33,122 nucleotides of DNA from the NCBI GenBank assembly GCA_045646995.1, contig JAZRLT010000055.1, positions 1-33,122 on the forward strand, given 5' to 3'. Of this stretch, positions 27,711 through 33,122 are shown in pieces. The stretch comes from Eubacteriales bacterium. Lineage in GTDB: Bacteria > Bacillota > Clostridia > Oscillospirales > CAG-382. Position numbers and translations under genes: made by a program. Under the pieces are notes generated by a model, which made no database searches, was not told the origin of the DNA, and was given only the letters and a program-made list of their open reading frames with translations. Numbering within the stretch: the stretch's first letter is position 1; each line of letters begins with the position of its first letter.

Positions 27711-29066
27711 ATGGATATCAAACAGCTTTATGACACGCTTGTCGAGCTTTTGGATGCGAACGATTATTCGGCGATACGTTTGCTTCTGGGCGAGCAAGAG
27801 CCCTTCGACCTTGCGCTTTTGTGTGAAGAGCTTGACGAAAAATCGCTTCCGCTTGTTTTTCGTCTTATGGCGAAGGATACTGCGGCGGAGTGCTTCTCCG
27901 AAATGTCGACCGACGTTCAGGAATTTCTTCTTCGTCGTCTCACCGATGCCGAATTGAGAGCGGTCCTCGACGAAATGTTTATCGACGATACCGTTGATAT
28001 TATCGAGGAAATGCCGGCTAATGTTGCTACACGTATTTTGGCTAACTCCGATGCCGCTTCGCGCGAGGAGATTAACCGTATTTTGAATTACCCTAAGGAC
28101 AGCGCGGGAAGTATTATGACTACCGAGTATGTCCGCCTCGATAAAAATATGAGCGTTGCCGACGCTTTCGCTCGTATCCGACGTGTCGGTATGGAAAAGG
28201 AAACTATCTATACCTGCTACGTCACCGCGTCCGACCGTACTCTTGTCGGCGTCGTTACGGCGATGGACCTTCTTTTGAATGAAACCGATACGCTTGTTTC
28301 CGAAATAATGGAGACTAACGTCATTTCAGCCTCTACCGAGGAGGATAGAGAATCGGTAGTTGCCAAGATAAGCAACTACGGCTTTCTCGCTCTTCCCGTT
28401 GTCGATAAGAGCAACCGCTTGGTCGGTATCGTAACCGTCGACGACGCGATTGACGTCGCAATCGAAGAGGCTACCGAGGACGTTGAAATAATGGCGGCTA
28501 TTACGCCGTCGGATAAGCCTTATTTGAAGGTCGGTGTTTTCGAAACATGGCTTTCGCGTATTCCTTGGCTTATGCTTTTGATGCTGTCCTCTACCTTTAC
28601 GGGAATAATAATTTCCCATTATGAGTCGGCATTGAAGAATTGTATTATTCTTACTTCTTTTATTCCTATGCTTATGGGTACCGCAGGTAATGCCGGAGGA
28701 CAAACCTCGGTTACCATTATCCGTGCGCTTTCGCTCGGTGACGTGGAAACGGGCGATATTTTAAGGATACTTTGGAAGGAATTCCGCGTTTCCTTCTTGT
28801 GCGGCGTTTCGCTTGCGGCGGTTGGATTTATAAAAGCGATTACTATCGACGGTGCCGACGTGTTCGAGGCACTGACGGTTTGTCTTACTCTTGCGCTGAC
28901 TGTTATAGCTGCTAAAATCGTCGGATGCTGCTTCCCTATGCTTATTAAAAAGATCGGCTTCGACCCTGCGGTCGTTGCGAGCCCCTTTATAACGACTGTC
29001 GTTGACGTTTTGGCGCTTGTCGTTTATTTTGCGGTTGCTATGGTTTTGATACCCACTTTGGGATAA
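27711..29066 (+). CDS. mgtE: Magnesium transporter MgtE
   Basis: It has the MgtE N-domain, a CBS pair (IMTTEYVRLDKNMSVADA... and VVDKSNRLVGIVTVDDAIDV) and a C-terminal TM domain with PMLMGTAGNAGGQTS and ASPFITTVVDV. Confidence 0.95.
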   Translation: MDIKQLYDTLVELLDANDYSAIRLLLGEQEPFDLALLCEELDEKSLPLVFRLMAKDTAAECFSEMSTDVQEFLLRRLTDAELRAVLDEMFIDDTVDIIEEMPANVATRILANSDAASREEINRILNYPKDSAGSIMTTEYVRLDKNMSVADAFARIRRVGMEKETIYTCYVTASDRTLVGVVTAMDLLLNETDTLVSEIMETNVISASTEEDRESVVAKISNYGFLALPVVDKSNRLVGIVTVDDAIDVAIEEATEDVEIMAAITPSDKPYLKVGVFETWLSRIPWLMLLMLSSTFTGIIISHYESALKNCIILTSFIPMLMGTAGNAGGQTSVTIIRALSLGDVETGDILRILWKEFRVSFLCGVSLAAVGFIKAITIDGADVFEALTVCLTLALTVIAAKIVGCCFPMLIKKIGFDPAVVASPFITTVVDVLALVVYFAVAMVLIPTLG

Positions 29067-29085
29067 ATTAAATTCGGAGGTAAAT

Positions 29086-31266
29086 ATGTCTGTTATTTAC
29101 GACGCTTCTTTAGGTCAATATTCGCTCCATACCAAGAATTCGAGCTATATTATGCTCGAAAAGAACGGTTTTCTTCTCCATTTATATTGGGGTAAGAAGA
29201 CCATGGGCGATTGTACGTATATATTCCGCGAGCAGGGAAGAGCCGCCTTTTCGCCGAGAATGGAAAATTGTGACGGCTTTATCCTCGATGACGTTCCTCT
29301 CGAATATCCCTGCTGGGGTAGAGCGGATATGCGTACTCCTGCGCTCGAGATCACCAATCCCGACGGCTCGATAATTGTCGATCCCCGCGTTGTGGGAAGA
29401 CGTATCGAAAAGGGCAAAAAGGGTATTAAGGGTCTCCCCGCCGTTTATTGTGAGAACGACAGCGAATGCGAAACTCTCGTCGTTGAGCTTTACGACGAGG
29501 TAAGCGATATATCTCTCGAGCTTTATTACTGCGTTTTTGAGGAATACGACGTAATTACCAGATATGCCAAGATTATAAACAAGGGAAGTGAATCGGTTTA
29601 TATCGACCGCGCGGCTTCCGCTTCGGTTGATTTCGATAATATCAATTACGACGTTATCTCTAACTTCGGCACCCACTGCCGCGAGCGTAATATCGAGCGT
29701 GCTCCTCTTAAGCACGGACGCTTTATTATGTCCTCCCGCCGTGGTGCGTCCTCCCACGTTCACAACCCCTTCCTTATTATGACCTCTCCTACCGCTGACG
29801 AAACCTCCGGCGACGCTTTCGGATTTGTTCTCGTTTACTCGGGCTCGTTTATGTCCGAAATCGCGGCTAATCAGTTCGATTCCGCTCGTGCAGTCATCGG
29901 TCTTAACCCCGAAGCGTTCCGTTGGAAACTCGAATCGGGCGCTGAATTTACGACTCCCGAATGCGTTATGAGCTACTCCTCCGCGGGTCTCGATACGCTT
30001 TCCTATAATTTCTCGACGCTCTTCCGTACGCGTCTCTGCCGCGGTAAATTCCGCGACGTGCGCCGTCCCGTCCTTCTTAATAGCTGGGAGGCGTGCTACT
30101 TCTCCTTCGATTCCGACCGTTTGATGAAGATCGGCGATGCTTGTGCCGACCTAGGTATTGAGCTTATGGTTATCGACGACGGTTGGTTCGGTAAGCGTGA
30201 TAACGACTGCTGCTCGCTCGGTGACTGGTTCGTTAACGAAAAGAAGCTCCCCGGCGGTATCAAGCGTATCTCCGACCATCTCGCCGCAAAGGGTGTCAAG
30301 CTCGGTATCTGGTTTGAGCCCGAGATGATCTCTCCCGATAGTGAGCTTTATAAAGCTCATCCCGATTGGTGCTTGCATTACAATAACCGTCCGCGCTCCG
30401 AGGGTAGATTCCAGCTTATCCTTGACCTTACCCGTGAGGACGTTTGTGATTATATTTACGAATCGGTTGCGAAGGTTTTGCGTGAAGGCGGTATCTCTTA
30501 CGTAAAGTGGGATTTCAACCGTAATATGAGCGAAGCGGGAAGTCCTCTTCTTCCTGCCGACCGTCAGCGCGAGGTCGATTTCCGTTATTATCTCGGTCTT
30601 TATTCCGTAATGGAACGCCTTAACGAGGAATTCCCCGACGTCTTGTTCGAGTCCTGCTCGGGCGGCGGCGGACGCTTCGACGCGGGTATGCTTTATTATA
30701 TGCCTCAGGTTTGGACTAGCGATAACTCCGACGCGGTAGAAAGACTCCGTATTCAGTACGGCACCTCGCTTGTATACCCTATGTCGGCTGTAAGCGCCCA
30801 CGTTTCTGCTTCGCCTAATCACCAGACCGATCACGTTACCCCCTTCGACAGCCGCTTTACCGTCGCTATGACGGGCTCCTTCGGCTATGAGCTCGATCCT
30901 ACCGCGCTCTCTCCCGAGGAACAGCAAAAGGTTCGCGAGACTGCTGAGCTTTATAAGGAATACGGCGAAATTCTTGCGAAGGGCAGATATCACCGCTTGA
31001 GAGACCCTCACGTCGAAAATTGCTCTGCTTGGTGTACCGTTTCCGAGGATAAGAGCGTTTGTATTGCGGGTTACGTACTTACTCACGTTCGTCTTTACGG
31101 TAATAACGACCGCGTTATGCTTCGCGGCTTGGATCCCGATGCGCTCTATAAGGAACGCTTCAGCGGTGTAACCTATCGCGGCGATCAGCTTATGAACTTC
31201 GGTCTCCATACTCCTATTAATCTTGAATACCATTCTCTCCTTTGGATACTCGAGAAGGTAGACTAA
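29086..31266 (+). CDS. Alpha-galactosidase, glycoside hydrolase family 36
   Basis: GGAGG RBS is present. The motifs are LMVIDDGWFGKRD, ISYVKWDFNRNM and FESCSGGGGRFDAGMLYYMPQVWTSDNSDAVERLRIQYGTSLVYP. Confidence 0.9.
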   Translation: MSVIYDASLGQYSLHTKNSSYIMLEKNGFLLHLYWGKKTMGDCTYIFREQGRAAFSPRMENCDGFILDDVPLEYPCWGRADMRTPALEITNPDGSIIVDPRVVGRRIEKGKKGIKGLPAVYCENDSECETLVVELYDEVSDISLELYYCVFEEYDVITRYAKIINKGSESVYIDRAASASVDFDNINYDVISNFGTHCRERNIERAPLKHGRFIMSSRRGASSHVHNPFLIMTSPTADETSGDAFGFVLVYSGSFMSEIAANQFDSARAVIGLNPEAFRWKLESGAEFTTPECVMSYSSAGLDTLSYNFSTLFRTRLCRGKFRDVRRPVLLNSWEACYFSFDSDRLMKIGDACADLGIELMVIDDGWFGKRDNDCCSLGDWFVNEKKLPGGIKRISDHLAAKGVKLGIWFEPEMISPDSELYKAHPDWCLHYNNRPRSEGRFQLILDLTREDVCDYIYESVAKVLREGGISYVKWDFNRNMSEAGSPLLPADRQREVDFRYYLGLYSVMERLNEEFPDVLFESCSGGGGRFDAGMLYYMPQVWTSDNSDAVERLRIQYGTSLVYPMSAVSAHVSASPNHQTDHVTPFDSRFTVAMTGSFGYELDPTALSPEEQQKVRETAELYKEYGEILAKGRYHRLRDPHVENCSAWCTVSEDKSVCIAGYVLTHVRLYGNNDRVMLRGLDPDALYKERFSGVTYRGDQLMNFGLHTPINLEYHSLLWILEKVD

Positions 31267-31275
31267 ATAATAACG

Positions 31276-31312
31276 AAGCACCGCATTCCGTTTGGGATGC
31301 GGTGCTTTTTTC
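31276..31312 (+). terminator. Intrinsic terminator after the alpha-galactosidase gene
   Basis: AGCACCGCATTCC-GTTT-GGGATGCGGTGCT is followed by TTTTTTC. Confidence 0.8.
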
Positions 31313-31388
31313 TTTGTTGAAATCGACATTCTTCTTTTTTTGACGTCATAAAAACCCTAAATCCAATATTCGATGTATATTATACAAA

Positions 31389-31405
31389 TTCGACAAATTT
31401 CGACT
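31389..31405 (+). promoter_or_regulatory. Two tandem 0A-box-like sites upstream of spo0A
   Basis: TTCGACA (31389-31395) is the exact reverse complement of TGTCGAA. TTCGACT (31399-31405) is a 6/7 match. Their starts are 10 bp apart. Confidence 0.35.
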
Positions 31406-31509
31406 TCTTGGGGCGGTTTTTATGTAAAAATGCGTGAAAACCGTTGGAAATCAATCGAAAAATGTAAATCGAAAGTTTCGCGGAAAACCTTATTTTTGTC
31501 CAAAATCTA

Positions 31510-31538
31510 TTGATATCCGCTCGTTTTACTGATAAAAT
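31510..31538 (+). promoter_or_regulatory. Sigma-A-type promoter of spo0A
   Basis: TTGATA (31510-31515), a 17-nt spacer, then TAAAAT (31533-31538). This lies 40 nt upstream of the ATG. Confidence 0.5.
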
Positions 31539-31577
31539 ATACACACAGAAAATAAATATACAAGGAGATACAAGTTT

Positions 31578-32348
31578 ATGGAAAAACCGAGGGTGCTCGT
31601 CGCTGACAGTAACAGCGAGTTCAGAAGTCAATGCGTCCAAAGCCTTCGTAGGCAGGATATAGAGGTAGTCGCTGAAGCGGCAGACGGTCAGGAAGCGTTC
31701 CAGAAGATAGCGAGGATGAAGCCGAATGTTGTCATTTCGGATCTTTACTTGGGAAAGATAGATGGAGTCGGTCTGATAAGAAGCACGAAAATGCAAATGC
31801 CGGAAGAGTTTCCGTCTTTTATTATGCTTGCATCCTTCGCGAGCGATAACCTCTTTTCGGAATGCTGTGAGGCGGGCGCGGCGTACTGTATGCTAAAGCC
31901 TGTCGATTTTATTGCTATCGGCGAACGTGTAAAGCGTCTTATGGTGAAGGGAAGACGCGGTGCGACTGTCCCCGGTAAGGACGAGGCGGATTTAGAGGCT
32001 CAGGTTACTAAGATAATACATCAAATAGGCGTTCCCGCACATATTAAAGGATATCAGTACTTACGCACCGCGATTATAATGACTATAAATAATAACGATA
32101 TTATTAATTCCGTCACAAAAATTCTCTATCCCACCGTCGCGAAACAGTACGGCACTACAAGCTCCCGCGTCGAAAGAGCGATTCGCCACGCTATCGAGGT
32201 TGCTTGGGACAGAGGTGACCTTGACGTGCTTAACTCCTTCTTTGGTTATACCGTCCAAAATTCGCGCGGCAAGCCCACGAATTCGGAATTTATCGCGATG
32301 ATAGCGGACAATCTTAGATTAAAGAACAAAACGCTTACTACTGTATAA
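31578..32348 (+). CDS. spo0A: Sporulation master response regulator Spo0A
   Basis: AAGGAG RBS is present. The receiver domain has Asp in VVISDLYL. The C-terminal Spo0A-specific domain is [20 protein letters not shown]...[18 protein letters not shown]...[17 protein letters not shown]. Confidence 0.95.
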   Translation: MEKPRVLVADSNSEFRSQCVQSLRRQDIEVVAEAADGQEAFQKIARMKPNVVISDLYLGKIDGVGLIRSTKMQMPEEFPSFIMLASFASDNLFSECCEAGAAYCMLKPVDFIAIGERVKRLMVKGRRGATVPGKDEADLEAQVTKIIHQIGVPAHIKGYQYLRTAIIMTINNNDIINSVTKILYPTVAKQYGTTSSRVERAIRHAIEVAWDRGDLDVLNSFFGYTVQNSRGKPTNSEFIAMIADNLRLKNKTLTTV

Positions 32349-32354
32349 TATTAC

Positions 32355-32387
32355 AAAAAGCTTTCCGTTTATCTGGAAAGCTTTTTC
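32355..32387 (+). terminator. Intrinsic terminator after spo0A
   Basis: AAAAAGCTTTCC-GTTTATCT-GGAAAGCTTTTT. Confidence 0.8.
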
Positions 32388-32397
32388 TATGTCGATA

Positions 32398-32425
32398 TTG
32401 ATTTTTGAGAAATATCTGTTAAAAT
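32398..32425 (+). promoter_or_regulatory. Candidate sigma-A promoter with an extended -10 for the downstream membrane-protein gene
   Basis: TTGATT (32398-32403), a 16-nt spacer, then TGtTAAAAT (32417-32425). Confidence 0.4.
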
Positions 32426-32465
32426 ATATGTATAAACGGTATAGACCTGTTAAGGAGTGAATTAT

Positions 32466-33041
32466 ATGAAAACGTCTTCTAATAAGAAATCTACCGAGAT
32501 TCTCGTCATGGGAGCGATTCTTACCGCGCTCGTTATAGTTCTTCAACTTATGGGTGCGTTTATCCGCTTCGGTATGTTTTCGATATCGCTCGTGCTTATT
32601 CCGATAGTTATCGGCGCGGCTACCTGCGGACCTAAGGTTTCTGCGTGGCTCGGCGGTGTTTTCGGTGTCGTTGTGCTCTTGAGCGGCGATGCCGCGGCGT
32701 TTCTTGCTATTGATGTTTTTGGTACAATAGTCACCGTCCTTGTAAAAGGTATCGCTTGCGGTCTTGCGGCAGGCTTGGTTTACAAGCTTTTGGAAAAGTA
32801 TAACCGATACGTTGCGGTTGTTGTAGCCGCGATTGTATGTCCCGTTGTCAACACCGGCGTTTTCCTTCTCGGATGCCTTGTTTTCTTTATGGAAACGGTT
32901 ACCGAATGGGCGGGTGGTTCAAACGTAGGCGCATATATGATAACCGGACTTGTCGGCTTTAATTTCCTTTTCGAGCTCGGAACGAATATGGTTTTAAGCC
33001 CTGTTGTCGTAAGATTGTTAAATATCCGAAATAAAGAATAA
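32466..33041 (+). CDS. Polytopic membrane protein resembling an ECF-transporter S (substrate-capture) component; substrate unassigned
   Basis: AAGGAG lies 8 nt before ATG 32466; the ORF-track start at 32457 is a GTG inside the RBS. The protein is ~190 aa with 5-6 Gly/Ala-rich TM helices, and its size and layout are typical of S components. No riboswitch or EcfA/T genes are nearby. Confidence 0.5.
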   Translation: MKTSSNKKSTEILVMGAILTALVIVLQLMGAFIRFGMFSISLVLIPIVIGAATCGPKVSAWLGGVFGVVVLLSGDAAAFLAIDVFGTIVTVLVKGIACGLAAGLVYKLLEKYNRYVAVVVAAIVCPVVNTGVFLLGCLVFFMETVTEWAGGSNVGAYMITGLVGFNFLFELGTNMVLSPVVVRLLNIRNKE

Positions 33042-33049
33042 AATCCTTA

Positions 33050-33077
33050 AAATCCCCTTGACAAAAGGGGATTTTTG
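33050..33077 (+). terminator. Intrinsic terminator
   Basis: AATCCCCTT-GACAA-AAGGGGATT is followed by TTTGTG. Confidence 0.8.
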
Positions 33078-33122
33078 TGTTAAACTTGCACTTGCCGCAT
33101 GTATGGGGTTTTTGAAGTTGCG

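Noticed and set aside
27487-27711. A 74-aa minus-strand ORF in the ung-mgtE intergenic region.
   Set aside because: It has no RBS, overlaps a near-consensus + strand promoter and the mgtE leader, and its sequence is not protein-like. The region is better explained as a regulatory leader.
31380-31796. A 138-aa minus-strand ORF spanning the spo0A promoter and the first 70 codons of spo0A.
   Set aside because: It is antisense to an unambiguous spo0A gene and its promoter. It is AT-rich and low-complexity, with no RBS.

Overview
This 33.1-kb window reads like chromosomal DNA of an endospore-forming, dockerin-using member of the Clostridia. Oscillospiraceae/Ruminococcus-like is my inference from spo0A, spoIVB, a GerA-family gene and a dockerin; no database search was possible. 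The left ~19 kb (3-18894) is entirely on the + strand, with junctions from -8 to +91 nt and no intrinsic terminator before 18914. It encodes a partial surface protein, a lipoprotein with Listeria-Bacteroides-type repeats, and an oversized family-5 substrate-binding lipoprotein. These are followed by two Opp/Dpp-type permeases, two Opp/Dpp-type ATPases and an 80-aa tail-anchored peptide. Seven exported proteins follow, six with lipoboxes and one with a C-terminal dockerin. They are assembled from a few recurring modules: a prealbumin-like beta-sandwich (5 copies), a TlpA/ResA-like thioredoxin fold with CxxC (3 copies: CSWC, CGPC, CHWC), PPC-like beta-sandwiches, and an unrecognised DG[FY]YH...TEDL...W-x3-C-Y module (4 copies in 3 proteins). 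I consider this importer plus modular redox/binding lipoprotein cluster the best candidate for an undescribed system. My hypothesis is surface capture and disulfide reduction coupled to uptake. The right ~14 kb is sporulation and housekeeping. It holds spoIVB, a DtxR-family repressor, a small membrane protein, a P-loop ATPase with a stop/start-overlapping upstream partner gene, and an orphan GerA-family A subunit. It also holds a membrane-anchored protein with a degenerate M23/LytM domain, an exported VanX-like M15 dipeptidase overlapping ung, mgtE behind a ~170-nt leader, and a GH36 alpha-galactosidase apparently co-transcribed with mgtE. The window ends with spo0A, which has tandem 0A-box-like sites upstream and an atypical receiver pocket, and an ECF-S-like membrane protein. 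I recognised no rRNA, tRNA, CRISPR array, transposase or integrase. All domain calls are by-eye motif recognition, not searches.
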